A stretch of DNA of 64,000 nt from the NCBI GenBank assembly GCA_033762115.1, contig JANRLX010000093.1, positions 1 through 64,000 on the forward strand, in the 5' to 3' direction. The first letter of the stretch is position 1, and each line of letters opens with the position of its first letter. Shown here piece by piece: positions 29,455 to 38,913 of the stretch. The DNA comes from Verrucomicrobiota bacterium (lineage in GTDB: Bacteria; Verrucomicrobiota; Verrucomicrobiia; Limisphaerales; SXQI01). Below the pieces are notes generated by a model, which was given only the letters and a program-made list of their open reading frames with translations, searched no databases and had not been told where the DNA came from. The position numbers and the translations under genes are program-made.

Positions 29455-32070
29455 TTACTTCAGGTGCTTTTCCAGGGTTCCCATGGTTTCATCCAGGCAA
29501 TACTTGAGATAATCATCCTGTGGATGGGCAAGGCTTTCCAAAGCCACATCAGCCGCTTCCTGCGTTTTGAAGAAACTGCAAGCGCGCACTGCTTCCAGGC
29601 GAACCCGTGGATGTTCATCATTTACCTGGGTCTTGAGCAACGCCAATGGGTTTTCGACCCGGTCGCGCCAATAACAGAGAACACGGGTGGCAGCCGCCCG
29701 GGCGCGATAATCAGGTGAGCGGAGCAGTTGCTTGAGCAATGTCTGATTCACCCGGTTGTGCTGTTGGTGGACCCAAAGGCCTTCGAGCAGGTGATGCTGA
29801 TATTCAGGATCTTTTGGATCGAGCTTCCCGATCCATTTGTCCAATGCAGCCATCACTTGATCGGTTGGACGTTCACGCAGTTCGATCCGGACACGGTAAC
29901 GGGTGCGATCTTCATAAACCTTGAGCAGGTTGAGCAGATTTTCGATTGATTCCCCGGCGATTTTTGCCGGTTTTACCAGCGGACGCTCAGGATAGGTAAT
30001 TCGCCAGATGCGTCCCCGTGTGGTGTCGCGCAATGGATCACGAATGCTGTGTTGCATGTGGCCAACGAGCACGTTGTGCCAGTCACAAATGAAAAAGGAA
30101 CCATCCGGCGCGAATTCCATGTCCACAGGGCGGAAATTCCGGTCGCTCGATTGAATCAGCGGCTCAATCTCCGTTCCTGCAAAGCCTGAACCATCCTCTT
30201 TGGTGGTGTGCTGAAGCACGCCCTGAAAGCCGATTACATTGTTCAAAAGAAAATTACCCTGTGCACTTTCCGGGAAATGCCTGCTGGAAACAAACTCACA
30301 CCCTGAAGTGGGGCGCACCCGCATTTTGAACCATTGTTTCATCCCCTTATGCTTCCGGGGATAATCAGTCCAACCGGAAAATGCAGTGCCGTAATAATTG
30401 GCCCCGCCGCTGGCATCGGAAACAAAATTCTGGCCCCAGCGATCCCATGCATGGCCCCAGGGATTGGCAAACCCATAGGAGACAAACGTCTCAAACTTCC
30501 CGCTGCGCGGTTCGTAACGGAACACACCGGCATCAGCCAGTCGTTGCGGGCCATATGGCGTTTCAACCTGAGTGCGATGAAAAGTTCCTTCCTGGAAATA
30601 GAGCGCCCCTCCCTGGTCCCAGGTGAAGGTGTGCATCGCGTGATGGGTATCCGCTGTGTCGAACCCGTGCAGAATACGATTTCGCACATCCGCTTTGCCA
30701 TCACCATCCGTGTCTTTGAGGAACATCAAGTCAGGTTGCTGCGCCAGGTAAAGGCCGCCGTCACCAAGCTCCAACCCCGTGGGGACATGCAATTTATCGG
30801 CAAAGGTCGTGACCTTGTCCGCTTTGCCATCGGCATTGGTGTCCTCGAAAATCAGCACCTTGTCATTGAGCGGTTTGCCCGGAGTGTATTGAGGATAGGA
30901 AGGCATGGTTGCAACCCATAGACGTCCCTTTGCATCAAAAGTCATGGCGACAGGGTTGCTCAATTCAGGAAACTCCACTTCCGAAGCAAACAGGTTTACG
31001 GCATATCCCGGCGCCAGTTTGAAATCGGCTTGCGACTCTTCCGGAGTGAGATATTTGACCGGCTGCTTGTAGTTCGTTTCCACCGCCACATGCTTTGAAA
31101 CTGAGGAATCATCAATCGCTGGTGAAACGGATTTACCTTGCGCAACCGCCCAGATGCGTTGATCCCGGATCGCAGTCATTTCATCCAGAATTTTCCGCTC
31201 ATTTTCCATGACAATATAGTTCGGCGGTTCAAAAGGCATCCCACCCACTTTACCGTCTTTTTGCGAACGACCTCCGTAGATGTAATACCCGTTCACTGCT
31301 CGATAGCGGTGGAAGAACTGGAAATTTTTCTTGTTCACCTCGGAAAGCAGTTTCTCTTCAATTTTCTTTGCCCCTGCTTTTCCGAAAAGTTCCCCGTCCA
31401 GAATCATTGCAATCTCCCGGTCCCCATTTTGGTCCGGGTGAATTCCATTGATGGTAAGGTTCGATTTGGCACGCTCGAACAGATTCTTTGAAGGTGTGAA
31501 GAGATCAACGAACGGCACTTTATGTTTTTCCGCCGTGGTTTTGATTGCGTCCGTGTAAAGCTTCAGGTTTTTGTTTTGTTCGCTGCCGTCAGGAAAATTG
31601 GGGTTTTCCAGGTTTTCAAATGCCAGCGGTGAGACCAACACCAGAAGGGCTTCCTTCTGCCCATTATATTTTTGTCCTCGTGTATGGGTAATAAACTTTT
31701 CCAGGTCTGTTTTGAATTTTTCCAATCCTTTCTCTCCCGCGAACGATTCATTGAAACCGAAGAATGCCAGCACAACATCTGCCTTGTTCATGGTCAGGTG
31801 ATGGTCGGGCGAGCCGAAATCCTGGGAGCGTGGGCGCAATTCCAGTTCATCGGCGGAATAGGCGAGGTTTCTCACGACGAGTTGATGTTCGGGAAAACGC
31901 TGGTGCAGCAATGTTTCCCAATGCCCGAAATGCTGCATGCGTTCTGCGAAAGTGCCGCCGATCAGGCAAATTCGGTTTCCCTTTTCCAAAGTCAACAATT
32001 GCCCCTGGGACTGGGGAGACAGGAGGAGCGACAAAGCTCCCAATATGGGCAGGAAATATTTTTTCATCAT
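29455..32070 (-). CDS. secreted PVC-type 'membrane-bound dehydrogenase domain' protein (SGNH + beta-propeller + HEAT)
   Basis: Signal peptide, SGNH-like domain (FGFNES, NGIH), FASE..P..NPVAMTFD.KGRLWV, EDTNADGKAD, FRPVD....PDGS...DW, HEAT repeats. Confidence 0.8.
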   Translation of the reverse strand: MMKKYFLPILGALSLLLSPQSQGQLLTLEKGNRICLIGGTFAERMQHFGHWETLLHQRFPEHQLVVRNLAYSADELELRPRSQDFGSPDHHLTMNKADVVLAFFGFNESFAGEKGLEKFKTDLEKFITHTRGQKYNGQKEALLVLVSPLAFENLENPNFPDGSEQNKNLKLYTDAIKTTAEKHKVPFVDLFTPSKNLFERAKSNLTINGIHPDQNGDREIAMILDGELFGKAGAKKIEEKLLSEVNKKNFQFFHRYRAVNGYYIYGGRSQKDGKVGGMPFEPPNYIVMENERKILDEMTAIRDQRIWAVAQGKSVSPAIDDSSVSKHVAVETNYKQPVKYLTPEESQADFKLAPGYAVNLFASEVEFPELSNPVAMTFDAKGRLWVATMPSYPQYTPGKPLNDKVLIFEDTNADGKADKVTTFADKLHVPTGLELGDGGLYLAQQPDLMFLKDTDGDGKADVRNRILHGFDTADTHHAMHTFTWDQGGALYFQEGTFHRTQVETPYGPQRLADAGVFRYEPRSGKFETFVSYGFANPWGHAWDRWGQNFVSDASGGANYYGTAFSGWTDYPRKHKGMKQWFKMRVRPTSGCEFVSSRHFPESAQGNFLLNNVIGFQGVLQHTTKEDGSGFAGTEIEPLIQSSDRNFRPVDMEFAPDGSFFICDWHNVLVGHMQHSIRDPLRDTTRGRIWRITYPERPLVKPAKIAGESIENLLNLLKVYEDRTRYRVRIELRERPTDQVMAALDKWIGKLDPKDPEYQHHLLEGLWVHQQHNRVNQTLLKQLLRSPDYRARAAATRVLCYWRDRVENPLALLKTQVNDEHPRVRLEAVRACSFFKTQEAADVALESLAHPQDDYLKYCLDETMGTLEKHLK

Positions 32071-32293
32071 ATTCAATTTACCCCTCAACTCAGGAGTCAG
32101 TGCGATTGGACGCACTGGATGGTAAAACCTTCAGGAGTCAGGCGGTTTACAACAGGTTCACACTCATCATAGCAGCTTCTACTGATTGGGAAATCCAAAA
32201 ATCATCTTCCTCATAAGTTCCCTGGCCTCGCACTCTTCCGGCATTGATTGGGGAGCTTGCCAATTGGTGGGCTGCGGTTTAACAGTTTCCGGC

Positions 32294-32806
32294 ATGGAGC
32301 ATATAAACAGCGAACCTCCCGGATTTTTCACTCGCCTCGCCCTGGCTTTTAAAGTCCTGATGGATCCCCTGTTTGCCGCGAAGATTTCGGCACCCCAGCC
32401 CGTATCCGTCCCTCCCGCACCTGAAAAACCTGCTGTGTCACCCCTTTTTCTTCTCTCGGCCTTGCAACGCGAAGGGCGTCTGGTGGATTTTTTAAAACAG
32501 GAGATCGCGACTTTTTCAGATGAGGAGATCGGTTCTGCCGCCAGGGTTGTCCACGCAGGCTGCCGAAAAGCGCTTGATCAATACCTGGTGTGCCAACCGC
32601 TGTTACAGGCGGCGGAAGCCAGCCGTGTGACACTCCCCGCCAACTTCAATCCTCAGGAGTATCGGTTGGAAGGGAATCTTACCGGCAAGCCACCATTTCA
32701 GGGCACATTGAAACATCATGGCTGGAAAGTGACAGAGATTAACCTGCCCACTTTTACAAAAGGGATCGATGATCGAATTCTCGCCCCGGCTGAAGTGGAA
32801 ATCTGA
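32294..32806 (+). CDS. DUF2760 domain protein
   Basis: LSALQREGRLVDFL, IGSAARVVH.GC, G.L.HHGW, LAPAEVEI. Confidence 0.85.
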   Translation: MEHINSEPPGFFTRLALAFKVLMDPLFAAKISAPQPVSVPPAPEKPAVSPLFLLSALQREGRLVDFLKQEIATFSDEEIGSAARVVHAGCRKALDQYLVCQPLLQAAEASRVTLPANFNPQEYRLEGNLTGKPPFQGTLKHHGWKVTEINLPTFTKGIDDRILAPAEVEI

Positions 32807-32985
32807 TTTTTTGGCAACCTGAATTTTCTCCCATGGCAGGTCAGGCATACACTTATTTTGCCTCAGGCAAAGCCCTGCATTTTCATTTCAGGCCCAAGCC
32901 CGATTTCCTTCCCCTAGGATCAATGCTTAACTCTATTTGCAGATTGAAATGAGCAGCATGCTCAGCCTGAAAAGAGAGAAAAACC

Positions 32986-33171
32986 ATGAGCACAAAAATT
33001 ACTCCGGATACAATCAATCATTTGAAACAGGAACTTCAACAGGTTCGCAAAGCCTCCCTTCATGCCACCCGCATTGGCGATTTCATGAAAGTCGCCCGGC
33101 TTACCACGGAAGCTGCGCGGATTAACAAATCCATCATGGATGCTGAAAATTATCTCCTGAGTCAGTTGTAA
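32986..33171 (+). CDS. 61-aa helical hypothetical protein (UVR-motif-like)
   Basis: Purine-rich leader, amphipathic helical pattern and its own downstream hairpin. Confidence 0.65.
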   Translation: MSTKITPDTINHLKQELQQVRKASLHATRIGDFMKVARLTTEAARINKSIMDAENYLLSQL

Positions 33172-33192
33172 GAATCTTCCTATTTTATATAT

Positions 33193-33227
33193 AAAAGCCC
33201 TGCTGGCGTTTTTGCCGAAGGGCTTTT
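33193..33227 (+). terminator. probable terminator
   Basis: AAAAGCCCT...AGGGCTTTT inverted repeat. Confidence 0.55.
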
Positions 33228-33340
33228 GCCGTTCCCGCACCCAAGGGCAGGCCATCTCTCCTTTAAAATCCCCCGTAAACTTACACTTGTCTCATTTCTA
33301 ACTGCTTGACTTGCTGCGATGTTCTTGAAACAACGAAGTG

Positions 33341-34342
33341 ATGTCCGGGCTGTTCGCTATCCAAAGTGATTTCCAGTACGAGATCACCCGAAAAATTTTC
33401 GAGGGTGGCATGGGTGTCGTTTATGAGGCGGAACAACGCGGCGCACGGGATTTCGTTAAACGAATTGCGATCAAGGTTATCCGGCAAAGTTATGCCAATA
33501 ACAAAACGTTTATCGATAACTTCATCGGTGAGGCCAAACTCGTCGCGGACCTGATCCATACCAATATCGTTCAGACCTATCATCTCGGTGAGGCGCGCGG
33601 CATGTTCTTCATTGCGATGGAACTCATCCGCGGGGTAAACCTCGAACAGTTTCACCAGCAATTGGCTGACAAGCGGCGCGTCCTGCCTGCTGAACTGGCT
33701 GTTTTCATTGCCAGCCGTATTGCCCGTGGACTGGCTTACGCACATGCCAAAACAGACAGGGATGGAAAATCACTGGGTATTGTCCATCGCGACGTGAGCT
33801 TTAAAAACATTCTCATCGCCTTTGAAGGGGATGTTAAACTGACGGATTTCGGGATCGCGAAGGCAAAAGGTTTTTTACAGGACCAGGAAGGGGAAGTAGT
33901 CGCTGGCAAGGCTGATTACATGAGCCCTGAACAGGCGGATTTCCAGATCACGGATAAACGCTCTGATATTTTTTCGACCGGCATTGTCCTCGCCCACCTG
34001 TTGCTTGGTAAAAACATTTTCAAAGGGAGCACTCCTGAGGAATCCCGCGAGCGAGTGCTCTCGATGGATATTCCTGATTTCCGGGAACTGGATGAACGGA
34101 TTGATGAACGATTGAACGCGATTTTGCAGCGTGCCCTTGAACGGAAGCTGGAGGCACGATATCCTAATGCAGACGAGCTGTTATACGCGTTGGAGCATTT
34201 TATTTACAGCAAGGGTTATGGCCCCACCAATGAAACCATGGGCCGTTACATTCGGGAATTGTTTGGACAGCGGACAGCTCAGCCGGTTACTGAGGGTCGC
34301 TCGCAAGTGGTCGAACACACTGCGCGCATCGTCAAAAATTAA
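33341..34342 (+). CDS. Hanks-type Ser/Thr protein kinase (cytoplasmic, kinase domain only)
   Basis: GGMGVVY, AIK, HRDVSFKN, DFG, YMSPEQ, DIFS.G. Confidence 0.93.
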   Translation: MSGLFAIQSDFQYEITRKIFEGGMGVVYEAEQRGARDFVKRIAIKVIRQSYANNKTFIDNFIGEAKLVADLIHTNIVQTYHLGEARGMFFIAMELIRGVNLEQFHQQLADKRRVLPAELAVFIASRIARGLAYAHAKTDRDGKSLGIVHRDVSFKNILIAFEGDVKLTDFGIAKAKGFLQDQEGEVVAGKADYMSPEQADFQITDKRSDIFSTGIVLAHLLLGKNIFKGSTPEESRERVLSMDIPDFRELDERIDERLNAILQRALERKLEARYPNADELLYALEHFIYSKGYGPTNETMGRYIRELFGQRTAQPVTEGRSQVVEHTARIVKN

Positions 34343-34348
34343 GGAGAC

Positions 34349-35242
34349 ATGAAGCGGGTGAACTCGTCCACAGTGAAACTGGGGTTGCTGCAATTGCGCG
34401 CCTCGGCTGATCCGAACGATAATTTAAAGCGAACGCTTGCCGCAGCGGAAAAGGCTGCCAAAGAGGGAGCGCAGATCATTTGCACCCAGGAATTGTTCAA
34501 ATCACAATATTTCTGTCAGTGCGAAGACCATAATTATTTCAAACTTGCAGAGAGCATTCCTGGGCCCTCCACAGAAGCCTTTTCCAAAATCGCCAGGAAA
34601 TATGGTGCTGTCATTGTGGCTTCTCTCTTTGAAAAGCGCGCCGCAGGAGTTTACCACAATACAGCTGCAATCATTGATGCCGATGGATCGCTCATGGGGA
34701 TTTATCGGAAAATGCACATCCCTGACGACCCGCTTTTCTACGAAAAATTTTATTTTACTCCCGGTGATCTTGGGTTCAAGGCCTGGAGGACCAGGAATGG
34801 CACCATTGGGGTGCTGATCTGCTGGGATCAATGGTACCCTGAAGGGGCCCGGTTGACCTCGATGCAAGGGGCGGAAATCCTTTTTTATCCCACAGCCATC
34901 GGCTGGCACCCTTCGGAAAAAGCTGAATACGGGGTCAACCAGCACATTGCCTGGGAAACAATTCAGCGGAGCCATGCGGTGGCGAACGGTTGTTATGTGG
35001 CATCCATCAACCGGATCGGCCTGGAACAACCCATCGGTGGTGATGGCCTGGAATTCTGGGGACAGAGCTTCGTGGCGGGAACATCAGGGCAAATCCTCGC
35101 CAAGGCCAGCAGCGACAAAGAGGAAACCCTGATAGTGCCTGTCGATCTTGCCAAGGTCGATGTCACCCGCACACACTGGCCTTTCCTGCGCGACCGTCGT
35201 ATCGACGCCTACTCCGATCTGACCCGTCGATATATTGATTGA
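34349..35242 (+). CDS. carbon-nitrogen hydrolase, N-carbamoylputrescine amidase-like
   Basis: E-K-C triad: QELF, YRKMHIPDDP, ICWDQWYPE; PTAIGW. Confidence 0.88.
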   Translation: MKRVNSSTVKLGLLQLRASADPNDNLKRTLAAAEKAAKEGAQIICTQELFKSQYFCQCEDHNYFKLAESIPGPSTEAFSKIARKYGAVIVASLFEKRAAGVYHNTAAIIDADGSLMGIYRKMHIPDDPLFYEKFYFTPGDLGFKAWRTRNGTIGVLICWDQWYPEGARLTSMQGAEILFYPTAIGWHPSEKAEYGVNQHIAWETIQRSHAVANGCYVASINRIGLEQPIGGDGLEFWGQSFVAGTSGQILAKASSDKEETLIVPVDLAKVDVTRTHWPFLRDRRIDAYSDLTRRYID

Positions 35243-35248
35243 TGTTTT

Positions 35249-36394
35249 TTACACGGAAGCTGACGCCATCCGTTTCCGTGCAATCCATCCATTGACCTGG
35301 TCAAGCACCACGGCCACGATCACCACCGCGCCGACGATGATCTGACTGTAATTCTGGTCAATGCGCAGAATCACGATTCCGCTGTTGATCATCTGAATAA
35401 TCAAGGCCCCGAGTAATGCGCCCAACGCGCTACCTTTTCCCCCGGAGAGACTTGCCCCACCCACCACAGCGGCGGCGATCACGTTCAATTCATATCCCTG
35501 GCCATCCCCGGAAGTTGCGGCTCCATAATAACCGATCGAAAGCAGCGCAGAAATCCCCGCGGTCAGCCCCGAAAGAAAAAACACGAGAAGCTTGACCCGT
35601 TCCACCCGAATCCCGCTGTAACGACTCGCCAGCTCATTACCGCCAATGGCATACACACGCCGTCCCGCAGCCAGCCGGGCGAGGAAAACCGCTCCTGCTA
35701 TCGTCACTACCAGCATCACGCCCAGCGGAACAAGGCTTAGGTCATTTCCCACCCGGAACTGGATCATTTCACGAAATGCTTCCGGAAACCCGCCGATGGA
35801 TTGCCCCTGTGTTTTTACAAACGCAATGCCACGAAAAATTGCCATGGTTCCAAGCGTGATAATGAACGGGTGTACTCGCAGCGCCACGATCATTGCTCCA
35901 TTCCCCAGCCCGCAAAGCGCGCCGGTCCCGATGCACGCCAGCATTCCAAAAAACACCCCCAACATCCCTGCAGAGCCCGCTCCCGCTCCTTCCCCTCCAT
36001 AACGATTCAGAACAAGAGCCCCCGCCACGGAAGCCAGCGCGTAAATCGCTCCTACGGAAAGATCGATTCCCCCCGATATAATCACAATTGTCGCACCGAC
36101 CGCCATAATCGCGATGAAGCTTGTGTCCTTGGCAAGCTGGGCGAGATTTTGTGCATTCAGAAATTTGTTGCGCTTCTCCAGAAGCGGCTCCTCCTCCCCC
36201 TGCGCATTTGTGATGAAGACCCGCTGGCGTTCGCCATCCGGTGTCGTCCTGATCACCGGCACTTCCACAGAACCTCCAAAAATCGTGAGCAACGCCCCGA
36301 GAACCAGGATGACGAAGAGCAACCCTGCTTCCTGAAAACCGAATGCAAAAAATCTTCGCCAACCCTGTTGACCTGTTCCCACCATGAATTCCAA
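35249..36394 (-). CDS. sugar ABC transporter permease (RbsC-like)
   Basis: GGIDLSVG, PFIITLG, GR.VYAIGGN..A..SGI, YELNVIAAAVVGG.SL.GG.G. Confidence 0.9.
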   Translation of the reverse strand: MEFMVGTGQQGWRRFFAFGFQEAGLLFVILVLGALLTIFGGSVEVPVIRTTPDGERQRVFITNAQGEEEPLLEKRNKFLNAQNLAQLAKDTSFIAIMAVGATIVIISGGIDLSVGAIYALASVAGALVLNRYGGEGAGAGSAGMLGVFFGMLACIGTGALCGLGNGAMIVALRVHPFIITLGTMAIFRGIAFVKTQGQSIGGFPEAFREMIQFRVGNDLSLVPLGVMLVVTIAGAVFLARLAAGRRVYAIGGNELASRYSGIRVERVKLLVFFLSGLTAGISALLSIGYYGAATSGDGQGYELNVIAAAVVGGASLSGGKGSALGALLGALIIQMINSGIVILRIDQNYSQIIVGAVVIVAVVLDQVNGWIARKRMASASV

Positions 36395-36539
36395 TCACCG
36401 TATCAAAGAATCTTCAACCCTGACAAGGCAGGGAAGATCAGCCCATGGATGAGTGCAAGATGAGAAAGCCGTTGGAGAAAACGTTCCTGTTGTGGTTGCC
36501 CCAACATTTTCTTCTGCCAGAAACGTTGTAGAATAGTGG

Positions 36540-37160
36540 ATGTCGCGGCCGCTTTTTATTTTATCTCCTGCCAATTCAACCGGCCCTCGAGCGCAGATGT
36601 TAATGAATCCCCGGGCACAATTTCCCCTGGCAAGGCGATTGCATTCCGGTGGCTCTGCACCATTATCGGAAATCTTTACCTTCCTGAGCGGGCTTTATTT
36701 TCGCGGCAAAGTCAATTATGCAAAACATTTTGCAACCTCTCCTGGACATATTTATGTGATTACCTCGAACCGAGGCCTGTTGTTATCCGAAACAGCCACG
36801 TCCTTGAAAGATCTTATCCGTTTCGGCGAGACAGCGATAGATGTTGGAGTTGCTGAATATGAAAAGCCTCTCAGGGAGAGTGCCGTGAAACTTGCCCTGC
36901 AGCATGAAGGCAACTGGGTATTATTGGGCAGCATCAGTACCGGAAAATATGTGGAGCCGTTGCTTGATATTGCTGGGGAACGGTTGCTTTTCCCGAAAAT
37001 TTTTGTCGGGAGGGGAGATATGAGTCGTGGCGGGCTGCTGCTTCGCTGTATCGCTGAAGCAAAGGAATTGGAATATATTCCCGTATCCGGAGCGGTAAGA
37101 CGCGGCAAGCGTCCACCCCGGCTTGCTCCCCAATCCTGGGGGTACAAGATCAATGGTTGA
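36540..37160 (+). CDS. hypothetical protein
   Basis: 206-aa ORF with globular composition (FLSGLYFRGK, VLLGSISTGKY, FVGRGDMSRGGLLLR). Family not firmly recognised. Confidence 0.7.
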   Translation: MSRPLFILSPANSTGPRAQMLMNPRAQFPLARRLHSGGSAPLSEIFTFLSGLYFRGKVNYAKHFATSPGHIYVITSNRGLLLSETATSLKDLIRFGETAIDVGVAEYEKPLRESAVKLALQHEGNWVLLGSISTGKYVEPLLDIAGERLLFPKIFVGRGDMSRGGLLLRCIAEAKELEYIPVSGAVRRGKRPPRLAPQSWGYKING

Positions 37161-37446
37161 CTCGGTTATTTCGGCATCTCTTCCCAGGCAGGGAGATAAA
37201 TGTTAAATGTGGTAAAATCCTCCTCCTCGGCGATGGGAACAAGCTCCCAGGAATCAGCGTTTTGCTCGAACCGAATATCCACAGCTCTCCTTGCACTCAT
37301 GCAATAGTTTTACTTCATCCACAGCCGAAACCCAATCAGGCAACGGCTGAAATCTGCGCTCATAATTGTCCCACCTGAGTGTCAAATTCACGCTCATCCA
37401 CCCAAGGGGACTTGACCATTGCTCTTTGGAAACCCATCTTTTGAAC

Positions 37447-38913
37447 GTGCGAAATTTTTGCTTCAGGGGAGTGCTGCCCGTTCTTTTGCTGCTGTTTTGC
37501 CTCCGAACTGGTTTTGGAGCTTCACCGGAAAAATCGGTTGTTCAAATCACGGTTTTTAGTCAGCAACCTGTCTGGGATGCGCCCTGGCGCTTTGATTCAG
37601 TGCGACGGTCCTCCGGCACCGGGTTTGTCATCAAGGGCCGGCGCATCATGACGAATGGGCATGTGGTGAGTTGGGGGCGTCAAATATTAATCCGCCGTTA
37701 TCAGGATCCCCGGCCCTATGCAGCCAAAGTGCTTTATGCAGCCCATGATTGTGACCTGGCTATTTTGGAAGTTGAAGATCCGAATTTCTTCGAGGGAATG
37801 GAGGCCCTGGAAATTGGCGAGTTACCTGAAGTGAGATCGACAGTGGTCACTTACGGTTATCCAGCGGGGGGCGAGCAGATTTCATATACTCGCGGTGTGG
37901 TTTCCCGGATCGAGTTGCAATCCTACAGTCATATCGGCAACCGGGCTTATTTGGCTGCGCAAACCGATGCCGCGATTAATCCCGGAAACAGTGGTGGGCC
38001 GGTGATCCAGGAAGATAAAGTGGTTGGCGTTGCTTTTCAGGGAATTCCAGGGCTGGAGAACACCGGTTTTTTTATTCCAACGACTTTGGTTAATCACTTC
38101 CTGAAAGATGTAGAGGATGGAAAATATGATGGGTTCCCCCAGGCAGGGTTGCGGCTGGTGGCGTTGCAAAACCCTGCTTATCGCAAAAATCTTCAGTTGC
38201 CCGATAATGACCTGGGTGCGCGCATCGATCATATCTATCCTGTCCCAAGCAGCCGAGAACTCCTGAAAGTGGATGATGTCCTGCTCAAGGTGGGGCCGTA
38301 TGATGTGGGAAGCGATGGCACAATTGTGTATCGGGGAAATCGCGTGTTCCTGAGCGTTGCATTTAGTGACATCCAGAATGGCGAGAGTGTCCCGGTGACT
38401 CTCTGGCGTGATGGAAAGCAGGCTGAAGTGATGTTGCCGCTTTACACCTATACCGAAGATAAACGGGAGGGCAATCAGTACGATGTATTGCCGCGCTACT
38501 ACGTTTATGGCGGGTTGGTATTTGTGCCTTTGACGCGAGATTACATGAAGACGTTTGGGGCTGGCTGGACCGATTCAGCCAACGCGGATCTGATTTACGA
38601 ACTGTTTTATCGTCGTCATGAATCGCCAGCCACCACGCGCAAGGAACCTGTTGTGCTTGCCTCTGTTCTTGCGCACGCGGCAAATGCAAATTTTGAAATT
38701 CGTGGCCGAGCGCTGGTGGATAAAATCAATGGTATGAGAATTGAAAGCCTAGATGATGTGATCAGGGCTTGCGAAGACCCGGGGGAACGGAAACATGATG
38801 TGATTGAATTTTATCCGGACAAAACCATTGAAACGCTGAGTCGGCCTGAGGCCCGGGCTGCCCATTCCGAAATTCTGACCACTTACGGCATCAGCAAGGA
38901 TCGCCGCCTATGA
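37447..38913 (+). CDS. Deg/HtrA-type serine protease with PDZ domains (plant Deg2/Deg9-like)
   Basis: Triad TNGHVV / CDLAIL / AINPGNSGGP. C-terminal YYVYGGLVFVPLT PDZ region. Signal peptide; start inferred. Confidence 0.9.
   Translation: MRNFCFRGVLPVLLLLFCLRTGFGASPEKSVVQITVFSQQPVWDAPWRFDSVRRSSGTGFVIKGRRIMTNGHVVSWGRQILIRRYQDPRPYAAKVLYAAHDCDLAILEVEDPNFFEGMEALEIGELPEVRSTVVTYGYPAGGEQISYTRGVVSRIELQSYSHIGNRAYLAAQTDAAINPGNSGGPVIQEDKVVGVAFQGIPGLENTGFFIPTTLVNHFLKDVEDGKYDGFPQAGLRLVALQNPAYRKNLQLPDNDLGARIDHIYPVPSSRELLKVDDVLLKVGPYDVGSDGTIVYRGNRVFLSVAFSDIQNGESVPVTLWRDGKQAEVMLPLYTYTEDKREGNQYDVLPRYYVYGGLVFVPLTRDYMKTFGAGWTDSANADLIYELFYRRHESPATTRKEPVVLASVLAHAANANFEIRGRALVDKINGMRIESLDDVIRACEDPGERKHDVIEFYPDKTIETLSRPEARAAHSEILTTYGISKDRRL

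Noticed and set aside
37157..37378. 73-aa ORF between the hypothetical gene and the Deg protease
   Set aside because: TTG start and no motif; more likely intergenic/promoter sequence.
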